Below are positions 20,575-31,264 of a stretch of DNA of 64,000 nt, in pieces. Position 1 is the stretch's first letter. Every line of letters starts with the position of its first letter. The notes below the pieces were generated by a model that did not search any database, was not told where the DNA came from, and worked only from the letters and a program-made list of their open reading frames with translations. Made by a program: the position numbers and the translations under genes. Origin of the DNA: a virus; IMG/VR virus record IMGVR_UViG_3300014208_001418; one strand, written 5' to 3'.

Positions 20575-22677
20575 ATGGCAATTAGTGACATAAAACAAGG
20601 CGAAGTTCAGTTTCAATCGCCTGAAATAATATCAACAAACACTGACCTAAAATCAGTGACTGGAATCGAACTATCAAACATAACTCCTGACCCCTCATCC
20701 ACAATTAAACTCGGAGTCGACTTATCCGTTATGATGCGAGTCGTTACAGATTCCATGTACAAAGACAAGCTCATTCCTATCCAAGAACTCACCGCAAATG
20801 GTTGGGACGCTATCAAACGCCGTATCGAACTCGGTGACACTGATTTCCTTCCCGAAATAATCATCAATCTCGATTCCAACACTCACGAAATAACCTTCAC
20901 TGATAATGGTTGTGGAATGACAAGAGAACAAGTCGAAACCATATACAGTGTTTTCGGTGGCTCCGATAAACGCAATATAGCAAACGAAGTTGGCATGTTC
21001 GGACTAGGTGCAAAATGTTTCCTAGCCCTAACCGATACCGCAACTGTCAGAACCGTTTCCATGAAAACTCACAAGCTCCTCGAATTCATTTTTAACAAGC
21101 GCATAATCGAAGTTCTCCAAGACGAAGTACCCACAGACCTTCCCGTCGGAACCACTATAAAATTCACCATCCCCAACAACTATTATAACTACTATAACAT
21201 CGAAGCTCGTCTTACTCGAACAGTCTCCTCGTGGAGATGCCCAGTCTTCTTAACTGAAGACAACAAGAACAAAAAACTCCTTTCCTCCCCAAAAAATAAA
21301 ATCGTTCTTTCTGATATGAGCGAAGGATATTATCCAGAACTCGGATCAGACACTATTCTAAAATACTCCTGCCCTGACTTCAGCTTCATACTAAGTAATC
21401 GCCATTCCTCACTTGTCTATATCGGGCATATCCCCTATGACCTAAAACTCCTCTCTAATAACGAATCCGATTTCCCAATCCCCATCAAAGTTATCCTTCA
21501 TAACCCAAACCTCCTAACTCTCGTAGCAACACGAGAAGGAATAGAGGCAGACTCTAAGTTCAAAGACCTTGTAAAAACAATTCGTTTCAAAATCCTAGAA
21601 ATCCTAACCCCCTACTTCGAAAAATACTTCAAACATCTCCCCCAAAACCTATCCACTATTTCCGAAGTCAGAAACTTCAATATGAAAACTAGCAAAAACC
21701 TCCTTGACATATTCGAATCCCTTTCCAATTCAAACATTATAGACAAAAATAAATATCCCTTCTTTAACCTGCTGAACACCCGATATGACTACTATGATAA
21801 TTACTCTCAAGGTCTTTCCACTGACAAGTTAAACGAAATACTTTCTAAATACAAACAAGTTTATTATACTCCAAAAAAACTCTCCCCTGCAAAATCAGTA
21901 GGAAGAGGAACAATAATCCTCTCTCACGATACTTGCGAAAAATTCTGTCTCTTTTGCCTCTCCTTCAATAACACTGAAGGCTATTGTTCTGATTCAAAAA
22001 TACACAACCCATTCATAACCACTATCATAGGATTAGTCCCCCCTCTCCCAGCAACTCCTCGCATAAAACACCTAAAAACCCCAAACCCCTCCCCCCTCAC
22101 AAAAACAGGGATCAACGCAAAACTTCTCCATAATCATAAAGGAATCCGAATCTCCTCTGATTCTCTCCCCGATTACATCTATACTTCAAACTCCTTCGAA
22201 ACATCTTATCGAAACATTGTTCTCGTCACAGAAAAACAGCTCAAACGCCTGAAATCCGAACATTACAAAACTGTATCCTCTCCTGAAGAATATCAGCACC
22301 TAAAAGTTTCAGAAATCTATTTAACAGACGTAGAAGGAGTTGAAATTTCAGCCGAACTCCTGAAAAACTATGATCTTATCATCACTTCAGTCTCACAATC
22401 TTATCAGACAGAAATCATAAAATTAATCTACCCCAAGAAAAATTTGCTTCTCTTAAAAAACTCTATCCCGCAAGCAGTAGAAGATTATTATCCAAAAGAA
22501 AAGTTCATGACATATAATGACTTCGTATCCTCTATCTTACAAAAACAAACAGGTTCAGTAAAAATAACACTCGAACTCCCAATCAGCAGGCTTGACACTT
22601 TCTATCGCAACAAAGACTATTATGCAAAATTAAAACAAATAAAAAAGCTTCCTCCAATCCCTGAAAAGTCGGTTTAA
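20575..22677 (+). CDS. GHKL (Hsp90-like) ATPase-domain protein, phage rIIA-like
   Basis: IQELTANGWDA, DNGCGM, GSDKRN, GMFGLGAK, GTTIKF. Confidence 0.75.
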   Translation: MAISDIKQGEVQFQSPEIISTNTDLKSVTGIELSNITPDPSSTIKLGVDLSVMMRVVTDSMYKDKLIPIQELTANGWDAIKRRIELGDTDFLPEIIINLDSNTHEITFTDNGCGMTREQVETIYSVFGGSDKRNIANEVGMFGLGAKCFLALTDTATVRTVSMKTHKLLEFIFNKRIIEVLQDEVPTDLPVGTTIKFTIPNNYYNYYNIEARLTRTVSSWRCPVFLTEDNKNKKLLSSPKNKIVLSDMSEGYYPELGSDTILKYSCPDFSFILSNRHSSLVYIGHIPYDLKLLSNNESDFPIPIKVILHNPNLLTLVATREGIEADSKFKDLVKTIRFKILEILTPYFEKYFKHLPQNLSTISEVRNFNMKTSKNLLDIFESLSNSNIIDKNKYPFFNLLNTRYDYYDNYSQGLSTDKLNEILSKYKQVYYTPKKLSPAKSVGRGTIILSHDTCEKFCLFCLSFNNTEGYCSDSKIHNPFITTIIGLVPPLPATPRIKHLKTPNPSPLTKTGINAKLLHNHKGIRISSDSLPDYIYTSNSFETSYRNIVLVTEKQLKRLKSEHYKTVSSPEEYQHLKVSEIYLTDVEGVEISAELLKNYDLIITSVSQSYQTEIIKLIYPKKNLLLLKNSIPQAVEDYYPKEKFMTYNDFVSSILQKQTGSVKITLELPISRLDTFYRNKDYYAKLKQIKKLPPIPEKSV

Positions 22678-22744
22678 CCTTTATCCAACTTTTTCACAAA
22701 AAGTATATATTCTCCAAAGACATAATACATTTTGGTGATAAATC

Positions 22745-23128
22745 ATGGGATTTAAAATCAAATTAGCCTCAGGAAAATATTACGCAAACAGATCAGGCAG
22801 AGTCCAGTACTACGAGACAACTGCTGACGCAAGAAATAAGATCAACAGAAAACACTTGAAAGGTGCCCGTATCGTTCATGTCGTGAAGTCAAACCGTATC
22901 CCGAACAAAAAACTAAAAGTTGTTCGCAAGAACAAAACTAAGAGATCAGGCAACGGCAGAAAAGGTAAGAAAGGCAAGAAAGGCAAGAAAGTAAAAAAAG
23001 TAAAGCGCGGTAAAAAAGGAAATGGCAAGAAAGGCAGAAAAGGTAAGAAGGGAAAGAAAACTCATCGAGTCAAACGCCACATTCATAATCACATGCCAAC
23101 AAGCGCCTGGGATTTCACAAACTTCTAA
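22745..23128 (+). CDS. Extremely Lys-rich basic protein
   Basis: KGKKGKKGKKVKKVKRGKK tract; GGTGAT RBS. Confidence 0.7.
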   Translation: MGFKIKLASGKYYANRSGRVQYYETTADARNKINRKHLKGARIVHVVKSNRIPNKKLKVVRKNKTKRSGNGRKGKKGKKGKKVKKVKRGKKGNGKKGRKGKKGKKTHRVKRHIHNHMPTSAWDFTNF

Positions 23129-23148
23129 CTCCTAACTAAGAGGTTCAC

Positions 23149-23457
23149 ATGGTCGGACTTTTACTTTTTATAGGAGGGCTTTACGGCTATTTCAAAAAAG
23201 ATAGCAAAAACCTCTATAAAAATATTTTCAAAAGCGCAACCTTTCTTGGATTAATAATCGCTATTGTAGGAATAATCGTTTCATTTGGAATACTATCAAC
23301 TGAATTCTCAAATGCGTTATCTCAGTACGGACAATACATAAGTACATTCGGAATAATGTTAATACTCTTAATATTGTACGTAATTATTGTGATTGAATTC
23401 ATCGTGGGCGTATTAATCGGGAATCTTCTCAAACAAGAACTCAAAAAACACACATAA
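23149..23457 (+). CDS. Small three-TM membrane protein
   Basis: Hydrophobic; GGLYGYFK start. Confidence 0.7.
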   Translation: MVGLLLFIGGLYGYFKKDSKNLYKNIFKSATFLGLIIAIVGIIVSFGILSTEFSNALSQYGQYISTFGIMLILLILYVIIVIEFIVGVLIGNLLKQELKKHT

Positions 23458-23509
23458 CCTTCAAGTTATTTCTTTACCTTTTTTCTACCTTTCCTCACTC
23501 ATCATAACC

Positions 23510-23536
23510 CTTAAATACTATCAAGTAGTAGTAGCA
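23510..23536 (+). promoter_or_regulatory. TATA + AGTAGTAGTAGCA promoter
   Basis: CTTAAATACT, exact 13-mer 23524-23536. Confidence 0.8.
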
Positions 23537-23570
23537 GTACTCAACATTTCCCAATATCGGAGTACAAAAT

Positions 23571-24065
23571 ATGTATGAACCAACACCCGAAGACGAAATC
23601 CCATCCGTTTACCCATTACTTTCATGCAATAACGATGAATACAAACATACTACCTGCTTCCTCACAAACAAACCTTGTGATGAAGATGAAGAATGTCGAA
23701 CCTGCGAAATAGCTCGCAAAGAGAAACTCGCCGAAGCTGAAGAGCTTAAAAATCAAGAACGAGATACGCACACGATATTCAACAAAAGTCGTTTAATCGA
23801 CGGAGAACATCTACAATCAAATTCAGAAAATGTCATAGCTCTCGGTTCTCCTGTCACTATGAAACGCCTCCAGGACAAAAGTATATTCTCTTCTACCCCA
23901 AGACCGTATGATCCATTTTACCTGAAACAATATGCTAAAGAACTTCGAAAACTTCGAAAATATAACAACTTCCCAATTCCAGATGAAATCTATTCTGATA
24001 AAGACAAGCCTGCTGTCTTTGTATGGGGATCACTTCATTTCGTAATAGCTCCATACATAGAATAA
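23571..24065 (+). CDS. Hypothetical protein with N-terminal Cys cluster
   Basis: C...C...C...CxxC. Confidence 0.65.
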   Translation: MYEPTPEDEIPSVYPLLSCNNDEYKHTTCFLTNKPCDEDEECRTCEIARKEKLAEAEELKNQERDTHTIFNKSRLIDGEHLQSNSENVIALGSPVTMKRLQDKSIFSSTPRPYDPFYLKQYAKELRKLRKYNNFPIPDEIYSDKDKPAVFVWGSLHFVIAPYIE

Positions 24066-24202
24066 AAATTCAAAACCTTGCTATAATATCTTTACATATA
24101 TAGATTAAAAAACATAAATTTTAAATTAAATCTATATTTTAAATATATTTATAATTTTTCATTAAACTTAAATACTAATCAAACCTATCTTATTATACAG
24201 CT

Positions 24203-24655
24203 ATGAAACAGTCAGAAATACCATATTTAAAAAAGTCAACATTAAGCATGTTGCCGATAGCACAAGCAGAACTTCAAAAACGACTTAATATATCATCTCA
24301 AGATACCTCAGTATTTGTAAAAATTCTCCTGACAGAGAATATAGCAATTCGTGAGAAATCAAAAAAGGGAAGGGGTTTCTTATTAATATTAAATCCATCC
24401 CTAAATATAAACGAAGAACTCAGAAAAATAAACCTCAAAGAACTCGAACCAAACCTCAAACTATACCCGAAAACCACGAAGTTAAAAAAAGTGAAAAAGC
24501 TCAACCCTCCTAAATCCAAAACTCCCGAAGTACCAAAAGAGCCTCTTCGATATGCGCTCCTCAATTCCCTACATGCTTTTTCACCATGCACAGCCTGTAT
24601 CGAAACCTGCGATCCAAAATCATGCGTCACTCTTGACTCATGGGTAAGAGCATAG
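24203..24655 (+). CDS. TFEbeta/RPC34-like protein (wHTH plus C-terminal Fe-S cysteine motif)
   Basis: AQAELQKRLNISSQDTSVFVKIL HTH; FSPCTACIETCDPKSCVTLDSW. Confidence 0.7.
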   Translation: MKQSEIPYLKKSTLSMLPIAQAELQKRLNISSQDTSVFVKILLTENIAIREKSKKGRGFLLILNPSLNINEELRKINLKELEPNLKLYPKTTKLKKVKKLNPPKSKTPEVPKEPLRYALLNSLHAFSPCTACIETCDPKSCVTLDSWVRA

Positions 24656-24660
24656 AAATC

Positions 24661-24696
24661 TTTAAATACTTTCGAGTATTAGTAGCAGTTGTAGCA
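24661..24696 (+). promoter_or_regulatory. TATA + variant AGT-motif promoter with no downstream ORF
   Basis: TTTAAATACT, AGTATTAGTAGCA at 24675-24687. Confidence 0.65.
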
Positions 24697-24905
24697 AAAG
24701 GATAAAAGCGTATTTGCTATGTTGTGACCTAAATTTGTAACAGAAAAAAATGTTGATGTCGTTGCTGACGTTGCTGACAAATCTATAGCCTCAAAAGTCG
24801 AACCGCGACCAGCAACGACAATCACCCACTATCCACAATGGGGACAAGTACGAAAAGTTTGATTCACTTCATCATATTAACAGGTTTTAAATCCCTGTGT
24901 CCCCT
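24697..24905 (+). ncRNA. Candidate structured ncRNA
   Basis: 11-bp stem 24757-24767/24810-24820 and 7-bp stem 24840-24846/24898-24904 with nested hairpins; own promoter. Confidence 0.4.
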
Positions 24906-24940
24906 ATCACCTACTCATTTTCTCATCCTCAAACACAACC

Positions 24941-24967
24941 CTTAAATACTTTGAAGTAGTAGTAGCA
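24941..24967 (+). promoter_or_regulatory. TATA + AGTAGTAGTAGCA promoter
   Basis: CTTAAATACT, exact 13-mer 24955-24967. Confidence 0.8.
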
Positions 24968-24998
24968 ATGTGCAAAAACACAAAGAGATAAGATAAAT

Positions 24999-26420
24999 AT
25001 GATATCACTACCAATTGTAAATCAATTTCTCATATGCGATAATGAGAAATTAGAACAAATTATAGATAAAAGAGACCTTACATCAATAACAATCTATTAT
25101 TCGCTCATAGGAAATGATGATAAAGCAAAAATATCAATAAACCGACCTGAACAAATGATAGATGGCTTTTACAATAGCAATCATATTAACGCAGTAAGAC
25201 AATTTCTATCATATCTCAAAATGGATTTCGCTTGTGATACTATTGCTAATAGTAAAAGCTATCCACTCATAATAAGAACAGGTAGAGACTTAAATTTTAT
25301 CATTCCTAATAGAAAACTTCAAACGCTAGAGACTATTCGCATAAAAGAGGCAACATAAAAAGGTAGCTAAAATGGAATTTCAAAAGAAGATTATTACCAA
25401 TATATTCCTGTAAAGAATGCAACTATAACGGAAGAGAAGTCATAAACAGAGATGACAGCATAGGGGAGAAAGGTCGATATACAACATATTGTACCCATCT
25501 TGCAGGAGAAACAATGACAATCAAACATGGAGAGACAGAAACCTCAGAACATTATATCTTCCCAAAATGGTGTTTACTAAAAGAGGACACACAGTAATAT
25601 GTCAACAAAAATTTATAACGGCTATTACCTAGACAAATGCTCCCTAGATGAGCTACAGTCCTTCACAATGTCTCTACGTTCTAACATATGCGAACTCCAA
25701 AAAAAGCTCTATGCGACTCAATTTCTAGCCGACTTAACTTCAATAATAGATAGCAAAGCTCTCTTTGACGCAAAGCTATATAGAAAAGAGAATCTTCCTA
25801 AAAACTTCTCAAAAATATGCGAAGATCCATACTTTCATGTCTATTACGACATCATGGAAAAATCATCTGAAATCGAAAAAACCAATAAACGTAATCCCGA
25901 TTACGACTTCACTTGCAACATGTCTATAATACCAACTCCCTCAAAAATCCTAGTTATGTTTTTCTCCGAGCAATCCGAATACACTTCTCTTTTCGAATCC
26001 TATCCCAACGTTCATCCCTATCCATATTTCAACAACACTGACAAACCTAAAGACACCTCTGAAGAAGAATGGCAACAGCGGGAAATAGACTGGAACCCCA
26101 TCCATATTCCCTCTATGTCAGGATTCACAGCACAGCTATCATATCCATATCTTCCCTTTATGAACATCTTCGAAATGCTATCCTTATCCTCTCCTCCATC
26201 CTTTAATAAACGTGTAAATCATCACCTGTCGAACATCATATTTCAGCAATATTTCTATCAAAACAAGATAAAACCCGACATGTACCACATCTATACCCAA
26301 CTCGAAACCGCAAAAGAATGGGCATCAAAAAACCTAATCAAACACAACATTCATAGAGATGTTTCCGCAACACTAAAACTAAAGCTAATAGCTTCAGACT
26401 TAGAGAAGCGTAACATTTAA
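24999..26420 (+). CDS. Hypothetical ORFs (24999-25358; 25599-26420)
   Basis: Long open frames with RBS-like sites. Confidence 0.65.
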
Positions 26421-26460
26421 ATACTATCAGGTAATAGTACAAACTACTCGAATAGTAAGC

Positions 26461-26508
26461 TAAAAAACGCATAAAAAGTAAAAAACGCATAAAAAGTAAA
26501 AACGCATA
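26461..26508. repeat. 18-bp tandem direct repeat, 2 perfect copies plus a partial third
   Basis: TAAAAAACGCATAAAAAG x2 then TAAAAACGCATA. Confidence 0.9.
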
Positions 26509-26828
26509 GCTAAAACCTTTCGAGCAAAAATGAACAAAACTAAACAAACCCTAAAAACAAAGGAGGCAAATGTTTAAGTCAATTCATAGAAGGTATGCAA
26601 TAATTAATTAATGCAGGCGATCAAAAACAAGGCTCATGAACAAAAGGGCGTTTCGGCGCCAATTCAGTAAACAAAGGAGGATAAATGCGTAGACCCTGCT
26701 GAGATAAGTTCACCAGAAAATACCTTTTAGCGAATAGAAAACCTTCTACACCCTGCGAGAGTTACCAAATCTTTCGCTCAATCAACAGATAGGTCTGGTG
26801 CGCCTATCGATCATCTCCTCAATTTCTG

Positions 26829-27212
26829 ATGCAAATCTTTATATATCCAAAAAACATCTTATCTTCTATGTCTCTCTATCTCGAAAAATCAATAAAGCCT
26901 TTTTATCTCGACTTAATGATAATAGGTATTCTATCATCTATGATGGTGCTTTTTGCTAACCAACTATTCCCTTCTTTAGTAAATTCCCTAACTCCTGCCT
27001 CCTTTCTCTCTCCTTCAGGGGGCAAAGCCCTCATCTTCGGCATCCATCTTAAACACTGGATCACAGGACTCCTCTTAGTAATAACCAGCCTAATCCTCTT
27101 CAAAAACAAAAAATATCCCCGTTTCTATTCATTTCTCCTCGGCTTCGGCTCCTTCCTAGTAATCGATGAAATCGATGATATCATCGGCTTTATAATGACA
27201 GGATCATTATAA
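26829..27212 (+). CDS. Membrane protein
   Basis: Three TM segments; HLKHWITG, GFGSFLVIDE. Confidence 0.65.
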   Translation: MQIFIYPKNILSSMSLYLEKSIKPFYLDLMIIGILSSMMVLFANQLFPSLVNSLTPASFLSPSGGKALIFGIHLKHWITGLLLVITSLILFKNKKYPRFYSFLLGFGSFLVIDEIDDIIGFIMTGSL

Positions 27213-27239
27213 ACCTCTTTCCTTTTCAATACCGTAACC

Positions 27240-27276
27240 TTTATATACTATCCCCACGTATGTAGCAGTAGTAGCA
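27240..27276 (+). promoter_or_regulatory. TATA + AGT-motif promoter
   Basis: TTTATATACT then GTAGCAGTAGTAGCA. Confidence 0.75.
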
Positions 27277-27298
27277 ACACGCTACAGAGTGATAATAT

Positions 27299-27607
27299 AT
27301 GATAACACAAGATCAATACAATAAACGCTATAACGATAACAAGACGTTCATGGATTCCCATCGTTTAATATGGTCTACTGATCCTGAACTCTACGAACTT
27401 GAACTATTTCGCTACGAACAAGAGACAGAAAGCGAACCCGACACATCAGATCATGCACATCTATTACACGTCTTCAAGACTATTGATAATAACTGTAAGC
27501 AATGCAATCACAAAAGCTCTAAATGTGCAGTCCTTTTTGCAGAACTCCAGTTTTTACTCACTAAAGAACTCGTATGCAACGATTTCACAGGTATCAGGAG
27601 TGATTAA
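27299..27607 (+). CDS. Hypothetical protein
   Basis: Motif promoter, GTGAT RBS. Confidence 0.65.
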   Translation: MITQDQYNKRYNDNKTFMDSHRLIWSTDPELYELELFRYEQETESEPDTSDHAHLLHVFKTIDNNCKQCNHKSSKCAVLFAELQFLLTKELVCNDFTGIRSD

Positions 27608-28065
27608 AAATGAGCGAAACAACATTAAAATGCAAAAATTGCGGATGCCCTATCGACTTATTCATAGGTCGTGACACAAAAGCAAAAACATATCTCCACG
27701 TAATAAAGCTCACAAAAGAAGACAGCACAGGCCACATATGGGGATGGAACGCTGAAAGTAAAAAATTCTGTAGAAATCCTGAGACGTAAGGAGGTGAATA
27801 AATTGAGAAAATTTAGCAACATGGACTATAACTTAATAGTTGGATGGATAATAGTATCACTATATTTCGGACTTAAATGGAGTGTTTAAATGTTAGAAAC
27901 AATAGGCATCAGAATAGTCGATTCCTCAGGAGAACACGTCTTCGAAAAGCCCAATTTTCCGACTGAAGAAGACTATAACAGCGCATGGGTACAATATACA
28001 AGAAATCTCTCAAAAGATAAAAAATGGTTCACAGCCGATCCTATACTCGAAGAGGTGACTAATAC

Positions 28066-28605
28066 ATGAAATACAGTAAATTCAGCGACATCCCGAAATT
28101 CACACAGCGCCCAGCATATCACGTAAACTATTATTTAGATGCCATCGAATCCGCCATACTTCGTGATATCAACGAACTCGGACTCCAACTAAATCCTGAT
28201 TTTCAGCGTGGGCATGTCTGGACTCGTGAACAGCAAATCGCCTACATTGAATACCTCTTACGTGGAGGACAATCTGGCAGAGACTTCTACTTCAATCGTA
28301 TCGGGGAGATGCACGATTTTTGCAACCTAAAAGCCGACTTCGTATGCGTAGATGGACTTCAGCGCATAACAGCCATTCTCGCCTTCCTTCGTAACGAAAT
28401 CCCAGTCTTCAATTCCTACCTAAGAGACTTCCAACAGCCTCTCCGCTTAGCTGACGTAATGTTTTCCTTTAACGTCAACGATCTCAAAACCCGCAAAGAC
28501 GTTCTCATATGGTACCTTGAAATGAACTCAGGCGGAACCCCTCACACTCAAGACGAACTCTTACGAGTCAAAAAATTATTATTACAGGAGGAAGAGAAAT
28601 GTTAA
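28066..28605 (+). CDS. Stand-alone DUF262 (ParB/Srx-fold, GmrSD N-terminal-like) protein
   Basis: PDFQRGHVWT and VDGLQRITAI. Confidence 0.8.
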   Translation: MKYSKFSDIPKFTQRPAYHVNYYLDAIESAILRDINELGLQLNPDFQRGHVWTREQQIAYIEYLLRGGQSGRDFYFNRIGEMHDFCNLKADFVCVDGLQRITAILAFLRNEIPVFNSYLRDFQQPLRLADVMFSFNVNDLKTRKDVLIWYLEMNSGGTPHTQDELLRVKKLLLQEEEKC

Positions 28606-30177
28606 ACGAATGTGGAAGATACATAGACGATATAATTAGTGAATTGAAGTTAAACACTAACAAGTCCTTGTACAATAGAAAAGACATAGAAAAATTTCAC
28701 TCTCTTTCAATTGAACTGAAAGAAAAATGTGATAGGCTACTCAATCTCAACAGTCCTGAACATGAAGAAAAACGAATGATGGGCAATTTCAAGTGTACAG
28801 AATGTGAATTCGAAATGAAAGGAACATTGCCAAATATAAATAACGTTGTCCAAGCACACTACGAATCGTTTGAACACGCATCTTACACAATAAAAGTGGA
28901 GGAAAATAAATGTTTATAGTTTCAAGTTTCTCTTTTGAAGAGCTAATAGACTTGCAAGACAAAGAAAGGATGTCTTTCACAGGATTACGACCACAAAATA
29001 ATTCAGATAGCCCATGTAGTCCTTGTCTTTATGGGGGATTCTGCGAGTGTTTCGCACCTCATGGAATCCTAAAATACTGTGAACCATTAAAAATTAAATA
29101 TTGTTCAATCGTCAATTCAAAAGAGGTACTGAAATGTCGAAAACACGATTAGCACAATTATCATTATTATCTAATGATAAAAATTATGACCTAGATTTCT
29201 TATGCCCAACAGGATTCAAGTTTTTGACAAATTACAGTTGGGGAGATAGGAAAACAATTTTCCATCCAAATAAAGGTAAAGATGCTATCCAATATATCGA
29301 AGACTTAAAATCACTAGGATACATAGTTCAAATAACCGATCCCATTGATATTCATGGGGCATACTATTCAGAGCCTGACTTCCAAGCTATAGCAATCTAT
29401 ATCAAAAAAGCAAATGGAACATCAATTAATTGGGAGGAATTATGAAAACTCAAATCAGTTGCGAAAGACACGAAAAAGAAGGAATATCCTGTGCTGAATG
29501 CATACAGATACTCCACTGCGAGACCTACGAAAAGCAACGCCTGATCGAAAATCAGCACAGAATAACAACTTATCGAATGCAAGTCTGTACAGTATGCAAA
29601 GCAAACCAATATAACGAAGATTGTTATGGAACAACTGAAGACATCGAAACATGTATAGACTTAACATATGAATCTATTCACCAGTACGAACATATTCCAA
29701 GATGAGAACATGGAAGCCTACATAATTGCATTACTAAGTTTTCTTTTCCTTTTTATTGCCATAATAGTACACGTAACAATCCACGATCTATTATGGATAG
29801 GAATATCTTTAACTGGTTCCCTTCTCTGTTCAACAGTTACATGGCACAATGCAAAACCAGAAACTAAAACTAACTAAAGAGAATAATAAATGGATAACAA
29901 AGAAAAGACAAAAAAACATTATCTACAATCCCATTACCGATACGAAATAAACAGAAAAGCAGAAAGGCTCATATCTAAGTTACAATCGCAAAAGGTTAAA
30001 TCTCTTGCTATAATAATCACCAACTTAAACTCTGAATATGTGATAAACCACAAAGACAGTACTAATCTTGATACTCAAAAGAAAATTGAGCAAATACTTT
30101 CAATAGGATTCGAAAAAAGCACAGCAGGATTACTTATAATTCTTGATCGTAACCTATCAAAAAAGGATTTGTCATGA
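28599..30177 (+). CDS. Run of small hypothetical ORFs, several Cys-rich (28599-28919, 28910-29152, 29101-29445, 29430-29705, 29668-29877, 29890-30177)
   Basis: Overlapping, co-oriented. Confidence 0.55.
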
Positions 30178-30275
30178 GTAGAAACAAAATCTCTTCCAGT
30201 GTGATATCCTATACCATTTTAAACCTATATTCAATAATAAAAACAAAAGCTTTAAAATAAACAGAGGAATAAACA

Positions 30276-30710
30276 ATGAATAAGATAACATTAATAGCAG
30301 TGATAGTATTTATAATAGCAGTAGCAGCGTTTATTGCTATAATCTCAACGAAAGAAGAGTCAAATCCATTTTCAGATATAGAAGACCTACTCCAAAACAA
30401 AACCACATCTGAAATCCCAATCGCCAACGAGAATAAAACCAGCACCGAAGCCAATACTAATGTCAAACCTAATATGCCTGACATAAACGCAAACAAAACA
30501 AGTCCTGAAATAACGAATTGTGCTTTGCCTCAAAACTATAACTTGCCTAGCTGTTCTGCATCAGTTTCAAGCATATCCTCAACACCAAACCCCACAACTC
30601 CCGCTATTCGCAAGCAAGAGATCCCCGAATTTCCTTCAATAATCTTTCCTCTTATAGGAATCTTTGCTTTTCTATTCTATTTTAGGAGCAAAAAAGGAGA
30701 GGAGAAATAA
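30276..30710 (+). CDS. Exported protein with PEF-CTERM sorting signal
   Basis: N-terminal TM/signal; C-terminus EIPEFPSIIFPLIGIFAFLFYFRSKK. Confidence 0.85.
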   Translation: MNKITLIAVIVFIIAVAAFIAIISTKEESNPFSDIEDLLQNKTTSEIPIANENKTSTEANTNVKPNMPDINANKTSPEITNCALPQNYNLPSCSASVSSISSTPNPTTPAIRKQEIPEFPSIIFPLIGIFAFLFYFRSKKGEEK

Positions 30711-31264
30711 TGCTTATAACATTCGATATTCCTGATGATAAGCTTGAAGTCTTAAAAGATATAGAAGGAGAGGACGATCCAGTAAAAGCTGTAATGTGTG
30801 CGATTCAATTTTCAATAGACAATTTCTAAACTTATGAGACATATTTGGTTAGATGAATATCAAATTTTAGACGATAAGGTAAAAATTAATCGAATGCGCC
30901 TCAATGAGTTATTAACTAATTCTATCTTGAGGAGGACTAAAAACTTTGTCATAATCGCCGAGACAAACACAATAAGCTGATCTTTAAATTCTTCTTTTTT
31001 ACTTCCCTCTTCTTCTCTCATACGAGTCCCAAATTCCGTTTATAGGGAGTTTTCTCTGAACGACTATACATTGATGAAGTACTCGATTCAAAGCTCTTTT
31101 CTGAGCTTTTTTAGAGATGATATGGTAAGCTAATTGTCTGCTCTCGATATGAAAACGGACATTTTTTCAAGCAATTCAACTCTTAAACAATACATTCTTA
31201 TACTTAGATGTCGTTTTTATATTGCATTTCTCGACATTTACGAATTAAAAGATGTGATTGAACT

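Noticed and set aside
24719-24862. Selenoprotein (ATG TTG TGA followed by an open frame)
   Set aside because: No recognisable selenoprotein motif or archaeal SECIS; an open run of this length is plausible by chance
31090-31109. AAAGCTC-6nt-GAGCTTT as a recombinase core site
   Set aside because: Arms are only 7 bp and followed by a T-run; equally explained as a terminator hairpin
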